From assembly GCF_006345805.1 (NCBI RefSeq), contig NC_042997.1, positions 182,032,001 through 182,096,000 of the forward strand: a stretch of 64,000 nucleotides of DNA, read 5' to 3'. A program made the position numbers and the translations under genes. Source of the DNA: Octopus sinensis. Taxonomy: Eukaryota. The stretch's first letter is position 1. The number at the start of each line of letters is the position of its first letter. A model generated the notes under the pieces. That model did not search any database, had not been told where the DNA came from, and saw only the letters and a list, made by a program, of their open reading frames with translations. Shown in pieces: positions 11,981 through 25,663 of this stretch.

Positions 11981-14900
11981 CTGTTTTGACACACACACAC
12001 ACACATACACACACACACACACACATACACACAGTCAAACCATGTTAACAGTATTAAGTTACTACTTAAGAAGTAGAAAAATATTTTATAATGTTTATGA
12101 ATAACAACTTTAATTCATTATCGTAGTCATTTATCATACAGTTTGTATACACAATAAAACATCTGCGATAAATGTAAACAGTACATATATAATTCAGAGT
12201 GTCTATAAACTATTGGCTGTATGTAAAACTTAGTATATTTCTGTCTCAAACATCATGGGCATAGTAGACATACTAAATTATAGAATATTAGTATAGTATA
12301 AGCTATAATTAGAGTATATATTAGTTTAGGATTATTAGGTTATTTTAAGATTATAGTCTACAAGTATGGCATATAGGTCGTACAAGTTTACAATATACAT
12401 GTTGCGTGCAGTATTTAAGGGAGTACATGCAGCAAGTGTTGCAGAGGGTACATATTATGTATGGATTACATATGTAAATAAAGTAAATAATGTTTCATTC
12501 ATATATTTTATATGTAGTGTATAATGTAATTATGATGTGTAGAATACATGTAATTTATGGAGTGCATGTAACATGCAGTTTATGTAGAATGCTGGGTACT
12601 CTTTTACTCTTTTACTTGTTTCAGTCATTTGATTGTGGCCATGCTGGAGCACCGCTTTTAGTCGAGCAAATCGACCCCAGGACTTATTCTTTGTAAGCCT
12701 AGTACTTATTCTATCGGTCTCTTTTGCCAAACCGCTAAGTTATGGGGACATAAACACACCAGCACCGGTTGTCAAGCGATATTGGGGGTACAAACACAGA
12801 CACACAAAAATACACACACACACACACTCATGTATATATATACATATATACGATAGGCTTCTTTCAGTTTCCATCTACCAAATCCACTCACAAGGCTTTG
12901 GTCAGCCCGAGGCTATAGTAGAAGATACTTGACCAAGGTGCCACGCAGTGGGACTGAACCCGGAACCATGTGGTTCATAAGCAAGTTACTTACCACACAG
13001 CCACGCCTATGCCTATATAAAACATATTAAAGCATAAAACATATTAAAATATTGTATACATGTACAATATATGTAGAGCCCAAGATATATCGGCTGTGAT
13101 ACATAACATACTGTTACTCAGTTGGTTACAACGATGAGTATTCCAATTGATATCATCAATAGAATAGCCTGCTTGTGAAATTAATGTGCAAATGGCTGAG
13201 CACTCCACAGACATGAGTACCCATAACCCTTTTGATACCAACCCAGTTGAAACCGGCTTGGGTTCTCAGTACAAATGTCTTGTTCTCATAAGTTTTGAAT
13301 TAAAATCTTCCACCAAACGTTCGTCACAATTTATGTTCCTAACACTAGCTTAATGATAACTAAGTTATTTTATTAAATTCTTTGTTATATTCAAAAATAA
13401 TTGAAAGAAACACAGAGCATCTCAAAATAAATACAGTAAAGAAAGGGTTTAAGTAGTTCTAAAGGAGATTCAGTGTGACACAGAATGTGACAGGGTTGGC
13501 CCTTTTGAAATACAGGTACAACTCATTTTTACCAACTGAGTGAACTGGAACAACATGAAATAGAACGTGGGTTCAGGTAGCCTTCAACATTTTCTATTCA
13601 AAAAGGGCAAGCAACATTGCAAAAAATGATTACAATACTTTTTAAGTATAAATTACTACTCACACATATATACATATGTGCCTACATACATACATATATA
13701 CTTACATACATACATATGAAGTATGAAGCTATTTCTTGAGTCATATAGGGCCAGTGCCAGTTTCCCGGTTTCTCTGGTGTATATATATTCCCTCCTGGAT
13801 GAAACACTTGTTCATCACAAGAATACACAGTTTTACCAGCTAAGTGGACAGGAGCAATGTGAAATGAAGTGTTTTCTCAAGAACACAATGTGTCACTCAG
13901 TTGAAGTATCAAAACCACAATTTCATGGTCATAGTCTGACACCCTAACCACTGACCTACACACACAGAGAAACATAGCACAAAATTAAGGTTTTTGCATA
14001 ATTGAGAATAATTTACTAGTAAACTATGTAACACTAGTGCCTGGTCGATGACAGAGCTGCCTGATTGGCACTTGGGCCTGTGGAATGTTAAAAGCACCAT
14101 CTGAATGTGATTGCTGCCAGAGCCGCTTGTTGACTCCCGTGCCAGTTGCACATAAAAAGGACCATTTGAGCGTGATTGTTGCCAACATTGCCTTACTGGC
14201 ATATGTGCTGGTGGCATGTGAAAAAACAACATTTAAGCGTGGTCGTTGCCAGTGCCGCTGGACTGGCTTCCATGCAGGAAGCATGTAAAAAACACCTTTT
14301 GAGCGTGTTCGTTGCCAGAACCACCTGACTGGCCCTCATGCCGGTGGCATGTAAAAGCACCCACTACACTCTCGGAGTGGTTGGCATAAGTGAATGGAAA
14401 CTTTGCCAGATCAGATTGGAGCCCACAAAGGGTTAAACATTAGAGGGAGCAAACAAGGACAGACAAAGGGATTAGGTCGATTACATCGACCCCAGTGCAT
14501 AACTGGTACTTAAGTTATCGACCCTGAAAGGATGAAAGGCAAAGTCGACCGCGGCGGAATTTGAACTCAGAACGTAACGGCAGATGAAATACCTATTTCT
14601 TCACTACCCACAAGGGGCTAAACACAGAGGGGACAGACAAGGACAGACAAACGGATCAAGTCGATTATATTGACTCCAGTGCGTAACTGGTACTTAATTT
14701 ATCGACCCCGAAAGGATGAAAGGCAAAGTCGACCTCGGCGGGATTTGAACTCAGAACCTAACGGCAGACGAAATACGGCTACGCATTTCACCCGACGTGC
14801 TAACGATTCTGCCAGCTCACCGGCTCAGCTTCTTGCCTTCTGTCATTCTCTGATACCAAGAATGCATCAAGCATTTTATGAAAACCTTTCTCCAAAATCT

Positions 14901-15289
14901 GAGGCTACAGTAGAAGTTATCCCTAATGTGTTACACAGTGAGATTGACCTTGGAACTATATGGTTGCACAGTGAATTTCTTAACCATATGGTTATGACAC
15001 TATGCTATAAAAGATTAATGAGAGGCAAATGTGAAGTGATTAGAGTGTATGTATGTATGTATGTATGTATGTATGTATGTATGTATGTACGCTTTGTTTG
15101 GATATCTTTCTAGGGGAAGGAAAATTCTGATGTAACACCAGCAATTTTGAGTATGCATGTATGTATATCTTGAATTCTTATTTTTCCTCCTTATACTTTT
15201 GTATCAATCATTGATATTTCAAATGTTTAATCTCAATGTCACTCATATTGTCTGTATCCAATTTATATGATAAGCAAGACATTTTAACC

Positions 15290-15665
15290 CATGAAATCAA
15301 AAAATCAAATGGAAATTGTAGTTGTGATACCTGTGCCAGTGGCATGTAAAAAACACCATCCAAACATGGCCGATGCCAGTGCCACCTTGACTGGCTTCCG
15401 TGCTGGTGGCATGTAAAAAGCATAGACCAATCGTGGCCATTGCCAGCCTCCCCTGGCACCTGTGCTGGTAGCATGTAAAAAGCATCCACTACACTCATGG
15501 AGTGGTTGGCATTATGAAGGGCATCCAGCTGTAGAAACACTGCCAGATCAGACCAGAGCCTGGTGCAGCCTCCTGGCTTCTCAGACCCCGGTCAAACTGT
15601 CCAACCCATGCTAGCATGGAAAACAGACGTTAAACGATGATGATGATGATGATGATGATGATGAA
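15290..15665. mobile_element. RTE-associated short repeat ending in (GAT)n (copies at about 9130, 10500, 14040 and 20290)
   Basis: Internal GTGCCAGTGGCATGTAAAAAGCACC repeats, then GGAAGGGCATCCAGCTGTAGAAAC...TTAAACGATGATGAT. Confidence 0.65.
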
Positions 15666-15994
15666 GAAGGAGAGCCAGTGAGTATGATTTTCATTGGCAC
15701 TCCCAGTTTAGTTGAGGTTATGTTATTGAAGTTTTGTTTGTTGAAGCCTGTAAAGCAAACTCAAACTGGAACTAAATTTCAGAGGATTTTAGATCTGAGA
15801 ATAAACATTTGGGTGAAGCATTTGGCGGAGTGTTTTGAAGGGGGGGGGGGTAAGACATAGTAAAAGGGGACAAGAGAAATATATATGGATGAATTTCCAG
15901 TATAGCAGATGTAGGAAGGCCACCAGTAATTAACCTCATTTATATACTAAATTTTTTACACACACACACATTAAGCAAAGTGTACAATATTATA

Positions 15995-16910
15995 TTGGGT
16001 CATCCCATAAATAATACGTTTTTTTTTTCAACTGCATAAAAGAAAAGCCAGAGGGGGACAGGATAAACTACTTGCATCAACTTGCTATAAAAGCAGGTAG
16101 TAATTTTACTTTGTCCTTATTCTTAGTGCAAGTTTGGTTTAACAGTTATTTTTTTCAAAGCTATAATGTAAGTGACAAAGGAGCATATTCAGCATATTTT
16201 GCTTTATGAGTTCAGTAAAGTCAACAACACAATGGAAAGTGCAAGGAATATTAATGCAGTATATGGGGATCGGACAATAAGGGTAAAGCAGTGTCAACAG
16301 TGGTTTCAGAAATTCCTAGTCAGAAACTCCAGATTAGAAGACAAACCTTATACTGGAAGATCTGTTGAGCTCAAAGAGGATGTCCTGCAATCCCTGGTGG
16401 AACAAAATTCCATTCATAACTGTTGAGGAACTAGCAGAGAAGCTTGGATTTGGTCATTCAACCAGTCATTCAAGTCAGTGCTAGAAGAAAAACGACCATC
16501 TTTGGTTTCAAAATAAACAGTATTCTTCCATCAGGATAATGCTGGTCCACATACAGCAAGGATGACATTCCAAAGGCTGGAGCAGTTTGAATGGGAAACA
16601 ATTCTTCACCCAACATATTTGCCAGACATTGCCCCATCTGACTATCACCTATTCCACGGTCTTCAAAATCATTTGGATGGAAAAAATATGAATTCTGTAG
16701 ATGAGATCAGAACAGTATTGGAGGAATATTTTTCGTCATGGACCAGTGAGTTTTGGAAGAGGGGCCTTGCAATTCTACTGGATAGATGGAAGAGCATTGT
16801 AGAAAATAAAGGAGAGTATATATTAGATTAAAAAAGAACTTTGTTTATCTTTATTTTAAAAAATAAAAGAAATATTAAAAAAAAAACGCATTATTTATGG
16901 GATGACCCAA
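15995..16910 (+). mobile_element. Mariner transposon, internally deleted
   Basis: TIRs TTGGGTCATCCCATAAATAAT / ATTATTTATGGGATGACCCAA; HTH remnant and HPTYLPDIAPSDYHLF. Confidence 0.9.
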
Positions 16911-17126
16911 TGAATACATTTCAACTGATCTTACCCAACAGTTTTGCACAGAGTATTAGATAACTGAATATTAGATAAGAGCACATTTAAATAACACCAT
17001 GTACTCTTCAGAGATATTTTGATTAATATATCCACTCTATTGACAAATATACGAGTGCATATTGATTTCTGATTTATGAATTCATAGATGACTATATATA
17101 TGTATGTGTATGTGTATATATATATA

Positions 17127-17640
17127 TACCGTAAATCCTTGAGTATAGTCCACCCTTGAGTATAATACGCAGGGGATTTTTGGAGGCTGTACCTCTGAAA
17201 AACCTTAACCCTGTGTATAATATGCACCCCTTCTCTAACTTGAGTCAAGGAGGTCTATATAACGTCCTTGGTTTGTAAAAATGTATACGGTAACGTACTT
17301 TATTATTATTGTATATATAGCATAATGCAAACGTGCAGCTTTTTTGTGCATTTTGTTTGCAGAAAATAAAGAAATAACAGTAATAACATTTATTAAATGT
17401 TGCTTACTGCAAGTTATGGATGATTCTTTTATGACTTCATTGCTTTCAAGCTTAGCTTAAGGTATTTTCGTGCCCAACAATACAAAATGCGTCTGAATAA
17501 ACATTGCCGGACAGCAAATAGAGACTTGAACATTGCTTAGAAAATGATTTTCATTTTTAACCTCGTGTATAATATGCACAAGGGATTTTGACCTTTAAAT
17601 TTTGGGAAAAAATGCGGATTATACTCGAGAACTTATGGTG
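17127..17640. mobile_element. Same MITE family, copy 2 (same orientation as copy 1)
   Basis: Shared TIR and interior. Confidence 0.78.
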
Positions 17641-17895
17641 TATATATATATATACTTATATACAATTATGTATGTAAGTAAGTATGTATGTATATAAATA
17701 AAAATTATAAAAGACATTGATACTGTTAACTGTGCAAAGAAATAAAGTTTTAAATAAACAATAGTGCAAAGGTTTAATAAATGGCAGGTAGGATGACTAA
17801 TATCCATCAATAATTGTCTCCACACTTGACATTATATGAAACGTGATTTTAGATGAAAATTCTTGGCAAATGTATACATATTTTTTTTTCTGTAT

Positions 17896-18306
17896 TTATT
17901 TGATGTAAGCCAACAGAAAATAAGCAATGAGCGAACCACCAAATAGGAACAAATAACAAACAAAAAACAAACAATTGAGCACCATTGCTAACCGTTTCCA
18001 CTCATCTAATACTTTTTTCTCTGATTCTGCTTCATTGAGTTTCTTTGTATAGTCACTGGCAATTCTTCTGATATTAGCAATATCAGCTTCTATTTGTTGG
18101 TAATCTGATCTCGGATGACTTTCTGGTAAGTCATCTTCACAGAGGTGTTCTTTGTCAACTTCTCCTTGGTTCTGTATTTTTGGTAGTGAACAATAATTAT
18201 TGATGCTGAGCTGGAAGCTGTTCTCTTCTGCAATCAAATATTGTGATCTGCTCTTTTTCACCATGTCCTTCAAACAAAGTATTGGTGCAAAGAAATCAAA
18301 CATAAT
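17896..18306 (-). CDS. Receptor terminal exon: MX helix, M3-M4 loop, MA helix and M4 (IMFDFFAPILCL...DEWKRLAMVLNCLFF...AYIK*)
   Basis: Acceptor tttctatttcacag|ATT; open frame to TAA at 17896-17898; EWKxxAxVL motif followed by a hydrophobic M4. Confidence 0.92.
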   Translation of the reverse strand: MMFDFFAPILCLKDMVKKSRSQYLIAEENSFQLSINNYCSLPKIQNQGEVDKEHLCEDDLPESHPRSDYQQIEADIANIRRIASDYTKKLNEAESEKKVLDEWKRLAMVLNCLFFVCYLFLFGGSLIAYFLLAYIK

Positions 18307-21300
18307 CTGTGAAATAGAAACAGAAGTATAGAAATACTTTAGAAAGAAATTAGATTAGTGAGGCTTTGTATTTGATTGTTACAAATATATTGCATTAAGG
18401 AATTATAGGTTACAATAATGGATTCCCAATACATAAAATAAATGTTGGCATTGTATATATACAACTGATAAATACAGAAGACAAAAGTAATTAAATAAAT
18501 AAATCTATTGGTAAAGGTAAGTAGTAAAAAAAAAAACATTTAAAACAAACTGTTGACATGACAGACACACTGCAGTGTTGTAATTTGTTAGCTAATGTAA
18601 TAAATTGGGAAGGACACATTTTTTTTTTTTGAAAATATTCTAGATATAGTAAGTACAATACAGTAAATGATAAAGGAAAGAAAGTGTATTTATGGATTCT
18701 GCAAAGAAGGGTAGAGTGATGAGAGTGAATAACTCATCCACTTATGATTCAAGTAAGCCTCTGTGAGTATTTGAAATAAGCAAATCATTATAAAATAATA
18801 TCCTAATGCTTTGAAAAGAAAGAACATATTGGACAAGGGTAGTTTGCTTAACAAAAATATACAAATAAATAAATGAAACAAAGAACAAAACAAAACAGGA
18901 ATGATATGGCTAGAGCACTTTTGATTATATATCTGGTTTATCATAGCTGACCTGGCACTAACATTAATATCATTTCATCTTATCAAAACCATATGCAAAA
19001 CCATATAAGAAAACAGGCTGGTTCAATATATTTGAATCATACCGTAAATCCTTGAGTATAATCCGCATTATTTTCTCAAAATTTAAAGGTCAAAATCCCT
19101 AGTGCGTACTATATACAAGGTTAAAATTGAAAAATATTTTCTATGCAATGTTTGAGTCTCGATTTGCTGTCCTGCAATGTTTATTCAGACACTTTTTGTG
19201 ATGTCGGGCGCGAAAATACCTTAAGCTAAGCCTGAAAGCAATGAAGTCATAAAAGAATCATCCATAACTTGCAGTAAGCAACATTTATTAAATGTTATTG
19301 CTGTTATTTCTTTATTTTCTGCAAACAAAATGCACAAAAAAAGCTACACGTTTGCATTATGTTATATATACAATAATAATAAAGGACATTACCATATACA
19401 TTTTTACAAACCAAGCATGTTATATAGACCGCCTTGAATCAAGTTAGAGAAGGGGTGCGTATTATATGCAATGTTTAGGTTTTTCAGAGGTACAGCCTCC
19501 TAAAAATCCCTGTGTATTATACTCAAGGGCAGGCTATACTCGAGGATTTACAATATATAGATATATTATGAACCTTAAATATGCTTTCATATTTTAGATC
19601 TTCAACAACTTTACTGCATATTGAGTAAGACCAGTTCCCTGATGAAACCAGAGTTCTATTTTTCTTACAAACATCTTGGTCTTTGCTAAAGGTAAACATT
19701 TACTTTGGAAGCCTCAAGTTTTGGTTTTGCTTCTGTCATGAATGTCTACTCAGATTTCACCATAGATTCAACTATATGAACTTGCTCATCACCATATAAG
19801 AATTCCCATGAACCATAAGTCATAAAATTCTCTGTGATGGCTTGTAAAACTATAATGAGTTGAAGGGGACTGAGGACTTCATGTTAAATTCATTGTTGAA
19901 ATCATCGTTGAGTTTCATTTTACTTTCTGCACCTTTGTACATAAATTGTACAGCTCTCACAAGTCATTTAACTACATCTCGTTCCTTTGGTAACCACCAG
20001 AATACAGAGCATGGAACCTAAGTAAAAGCCTTCTTCAAGTCAACAAATGCCAGAGATAATGATTTACTCTTAGCTGAGTATTTCTCCTCCAGTTGTCTTA
20101 CTTGGAAGATGCATCTGTTGTACTTCTGGGCATGTAGCTGAACTGGTTTACATTTATTCAACTCTATCCTGGATCAATTGTGCTTTGACTCTCTCAATGA
20201 GGTTCAGAGCCTGGTACAACAATCTGAGGCTTCAATAATCTCTCTTTTAGGTATCTTCATTCCTTTGAAGTAATTTAAATGAGATCTGACAAATGAAGTG
20301 AGTTCATGGCTCACAGGACGGCCTGCTGTGCTAACTTTGGATCATAGGGCAACCTGCTGTGTTTGAGGAGACCTATTGAGTCAAGTACATCAACATCAAA
20401 ATAAAAATCAAATGGATATTGTAGTTGTGATACCTGTTCCAGTGGCACATTGGGTCTCACAGAGGCAATAACGAAAGACCGAGACCTCTGAGATATACTG
20501 TGACTGCCAAGACCCGACAAACGAAGTGAGTTCATGGCTCGCAGGGCGGCCTGCTGTGCTAACCTTGGATTGAAGGGTGACCTGCCATGCTTGAGTAGAC
20601 CTATTGAGTCAAGTACATCAACATCAAATGGATATTGTAGTTGTGATACCCGTGCCCATGTCATGTAAAAAGCACCCACTACACTCACAGAGTGGTTGGC
20701 GTTAGGAAGGGCATCCAGCTGTAGAAATACTGCCAGATCAGACTGGAGCCTGGTGCAGCCTCCTGGCTTCCCAGACCCCAGTTGAACCGTCCAACCCTTG
20801 CTAGCATGGAAAGCGGATGTTAAACGATGATGATGATGATGATGATGATGACTGCAATGCTAGTCATTAGGTATGACCCTGTGCCCTTCCCAAGCTATAG
20901 ACCCCAGTTTCCTAGATTCTGTGGCATATACATATTCCTTTCCTTTCTGAATGGGATACAGTCTGTTGCAGGATTACTCATTTTTGCCAGCTGGCTGAAC
21001 TGGAGCAACATGAAATGTTTTGCTCATGAACACAATGCATCACTTTGTCCAGGAATCGAAACAACAACCTTATATTCATGAGTGCAACACCTTAACCACA
21101 TTGCCACGTGCTTCAATTTGGGTATGATACTTTCCTGTATTACCATATTTTAATGTGCATAAGGAACCCTTTTTTGTCAAAAATTAAGTTAAAAAATATG
21201 GGAGAGTCTTATACATGGATAGTATTATAATCCCTTACAAAACTTTTTTTTCCAAATTTTAAGCACCCCAAATTAGGAGGTTCCCTATATATGAGGGTTC

Positions 21301-23515
21301 CTTATACACATTAAAATATGGTAATTTATTAATTCTCAAAATAATTATCATGTATCCAACCTCACTAGATATTTTGTGCATCTCAGAAACTGCCTCTGAT
21401 AAACCTGAAGCTTTCTCTACCTTCATATCTTTAATCTTTAATCTGCCGCTTATACTTAGGTGCTGGAGAGGTTGTGTGGTCAAGAAGCTTGCTTCTCAAC
21501 CATATGATCTTGGGTTCAGTCCCACTGCATGGCACCTTGAGCAAGTGTCATCTACTATAACCTTGAGTGGAGGCACATGGCCTAGTGGTTAGAGCAGCGG
21601 ACTCACAGTCGAGGGATCGTAGGTTCAAATCTCAGACTGGGTGATGTGTGTGTTTATGAGCGAAATACCTAAGCTCCACGTGGCTCTGACAGAAGGTAAT
21701 GGCGAACTTCTGACTCTTTCGTCACGACTTTCTCTCACTCTTTCCTCCTGCATCTTGGAGCTCACCTGCGACGGACCGGCATCCCATCCAGGTAGGGAAC
21801 CTATATGCCAAGGAAACCGGGAAACTCGCCCTTATGAGCCAGGCATGGCTTGAGAAGGAACAAACAACAAAACAACAACTATTACCTTGAGCTGACCAAA
21901 TCCTTATGAGTAGGATTGGTAAACTGGAACTGAAAGACCCCCCCCCACACACAAACACACACGCACGCATGCGCACACAGACACACATTTATGTATGTGT
22001 GTGTGTTTGTGCATATGTTTGTCTAGACATCACATAATGGCTTTAAATGAACATCATTGTCATACAAGTGAGGTAGTTTGTTTCCAGCCTTCCATGAAAA
22101 ATATGTCTGGCCCATGGAGAAATATTACCTTGCTTGGAAACAGGAGAAAGTTGTGACAGGTAGGGCATCTGGCCATAGAAACTCCACCTCAACAAATTAC
22201 ATGTGGTCCATATGAGCATGGAAAAGTGAATGTTAAATGATGATGATGAAAATGATAATTGTGTGGATGAGGGTGATATAGTCGAAATTGATTACAAGTT
22301 AGCTATTTAGTTTCAATCAGTGTTACCATAGTTATAAGAAAAAAATATTTATCTATAACCAGATCACCTCCCCCACCCCACCCCGCAAAAGAAAAAATTC
22401 AAAACGTAGGCGTAGGTGTGACTGTGTGGTAAGTAGCTTGCTTACGAACCACATGGTTCCGGGTTCAGTCCCACTGCGTGGCACTTTGGGCAAATGTCTT
22501 CTACTATAGCCTTGGGCCGACCAAAGCCTTGTTAGTGGATTTGGTAGACGGAAACTAAAAGAAGCCCGTCGTATATATATGTATATATATATGTATGTGT
22601 GTGTATATGTTTGTGTGTCTGTGTTTGTCCCCCCAACATCGCTTGACAACCGATGCTGGTGTGTTTACGTCCCCGTAACTTAGCGGTTCGGCAAAAGAGA
22701 GCGATAGAATAAGTACTTGGCTTACAAAGATTAACTCGACTAAAGGTGGTACTCCAGCATGGCCACAGTCAAATGACTGAAACAAGTGAAAGAGTAAAGA
22801 GAGTAAAGAGTCCTTCCATATTTCTTAAAGATAGACCGTTATAACATGCTATTTCTAGCATGGTGATTTCACTACCGGTTGGTGGGGGGGAAAAACCTCT
22901 GTAGGGCCTCTTTTCCTTTGCTGTCCTAAATGCATTGCTTTACTGATGAGTTGATGTGTACTTGAATACTGTACACAAGTAACTCTGAAGAAATATATGT
23001 ATGTGTGTGTGAGCTGTTATGCATCTGTGAATCTCCCAGTTATAAATCAACGTAAATTCCTATTAGTAGTGTATCCTTAAAGGGAGGTAACTCCCTAACA
23101 TGGGATGCAACTCAGACATTTGAAAAATAAAGATCGATAAACTGAATCGTACCATAAGTGTTGTATTGTGTGGAGAGAGGGTTGTGTCGATATAATTAAC
23201 CCTTTGGAGATAATATCCTAAGATGGCCACATTACAAGGAGTGAAACTACAAGGGAAAAAGGACAAGGAAAAAGTTATTACTATGTCCTAGGTCAACTCC
23301 GATCCTTATATTACTCTTTTACTTGTTTCAGTCATTTGACTGTGGCCATACAGGAGCAACGCCTTTAGTTGAGCAAATCGATCCCCAGGACTTATTCTTT
23401 GTGAGCCTAGTACTTATTCTATCGGTCTCTTTCGCCGAACCGCCAAGTTACGGGGACGTAAACACGTCAACATCGGTTGTCAAGCGATGTTAGGGGGGCC
23501 GACACAGACACATAA

Positions 23516-23566
<51 letters not shown>

Positions 23567-23581
23567 CATATACATATATAC

Positions 23582-23614
<33 letters not shown>

Positions 23615-25341
23615 CGTATATACGACGGGCTTCTTTCAGTTTCCGCCTACCAAATCCACTCACAAGGCTATAGTAGAAGACACTTCCCCAAGGTGCCATG
23701 CAGTGGGACTGAACCCAGGACCCTGTGGCTGGTAAGCAAGCTACTTACCACACAGCCACTCCTACGCCTATGATCAAAACTTATGATCAAAAGCATGTCT
23801 TATTGAGAGCATATAAGAAAAATTCATTTGCTAATTTATCATGCTTTGTTTCTACTTGTTTGTTTGAAGCAAGGGAAACTTGGTTGCTATTTCTTATAGA
23901 AAATGTAAATAATCTATTTTTCATTTCATAGTGATTGTGAAGTTAAAGTGATGTAGAGTCATTTATTCAGCTGTTGCTATGTTCTGAGTTCAAATTCTGC
24001 CAAAATCAACTTTGCCTTTCATCCTTTCAGGTTGAATAAATTAAATACCAGTTGAGTACTGGGGTCGATGTGATCGACTGTGCCCCTTCTCACAAAATCC
24101 AGGCCATGTGGCTTTAGTAGAAACGATTATTATTATTATTATTATTGTTATTATTATTATTTATTATTATTATTATTATTATTACTATTATTAAGGTGTC
24201 AAGCTGGCAGAATAGTTAGCACGCCCGGACAAAATACTTAGCGGTATTTCGCTCGTCGCTACATTCTGAGTTGAAGCCCTCTGAGGTCGACTTTACCTTT
24301 CGTTCTTTTGGGGTCGATAAAATAAGTACCCTTTTTCTATCATTCTTAGGGCACCTATGACAACAGGTATTGTTTTAGCCTTGAGATTCCATATTTTGCC
24401 AATTTCTATTTCAAGACCTTTATACTTGCTCAGTTCTTGGTAGGTCTTAACAAATACATTTATGTCAATTGGGACAGTCATATCAATGAGGAGGCATGGT
24501 TTTCTGGTTTAGTTTGACTCTCGGGAAAATGAAAAGTCTTTTACATTTTATTATTATTATTATGTTTGAATTTTGCTTAGTGTTTATACAAGTTGATACC
24601 AAGTCTCATCTAAAAATATCAAGGGAGAACAAGTTAGAACTTCAAGTCAGTATAATGATGAAGGTGGTTGATAACTGCCATGGATTTTGGATTTTTACAA
24701 AAAATTGTTCTAGAGAATGTCTGTCAAAAAATAAGGAATTGAAAAGTTTGTTTTAAAAGTAAAGATGATAGAATGGTCTTAAGATGGCAGTAAAAGGTAT
24801 TTGCTATTATGTACATTTAAAAGTACACACACATACATGCATGCGTGAACACACCACACACACACACACACACACACACATCTATGGCAGTTGTTTTCCA
24901 GTTCCTACCTGCTAAATCCCCTTACTACCTGGTGTTGTAATAGAAGTCACCTGCTGAAGTTACCATGTGGTGGGACTGAACCTGAGAATGTGTGGTTGGG
25001 AAGCAAGCTTCTTGACACACAGCCACACCTGTTCCAATACATAAATATGTGTATGTGTGTGTGTGTACGCGTGTGTGTGTGTGTGTTGACATTCATGCAT
25101 AATTTTAAAGTCAAAAAAGTTAACTAATGAACCTGATATGAGATAACTGAATAAATAAAATAAATAAATAAATAAATAACTAAATAAATATTGATTTACA
25201 GACTAATTGAAACCTACTTTGCATGCAGCTTACAAGAAGAAAATTATGAAATGTGTTATTTTAGTCAATCAAATACAATATAAGAATTGTTTTGACATTT
25301 CAGCAGAAGTAAACCGTTCAGACAATTTACTGATGATAATG

Positions 25342-25392
<51 letters not shown>

Positions 25393-25420
25393 ATCTTTCT
25401 CTCTCTCTCTCACACACACA

Positions 25421-25451
<31 letters not shown>

Positions 25452-25614
25452 TCAAATATATTACATATACATAAATGTATAATACACACACACACATATA
25501 CATATATATGTATTACTTATATATATATATAATATATATACATCCGTACACACATACATTCATACAGACAAACATATATTCATAGATATATGTGTGTGTA
25601 TGTGTGCATATATA

Positions 25615-25663
<49 letters not shown>

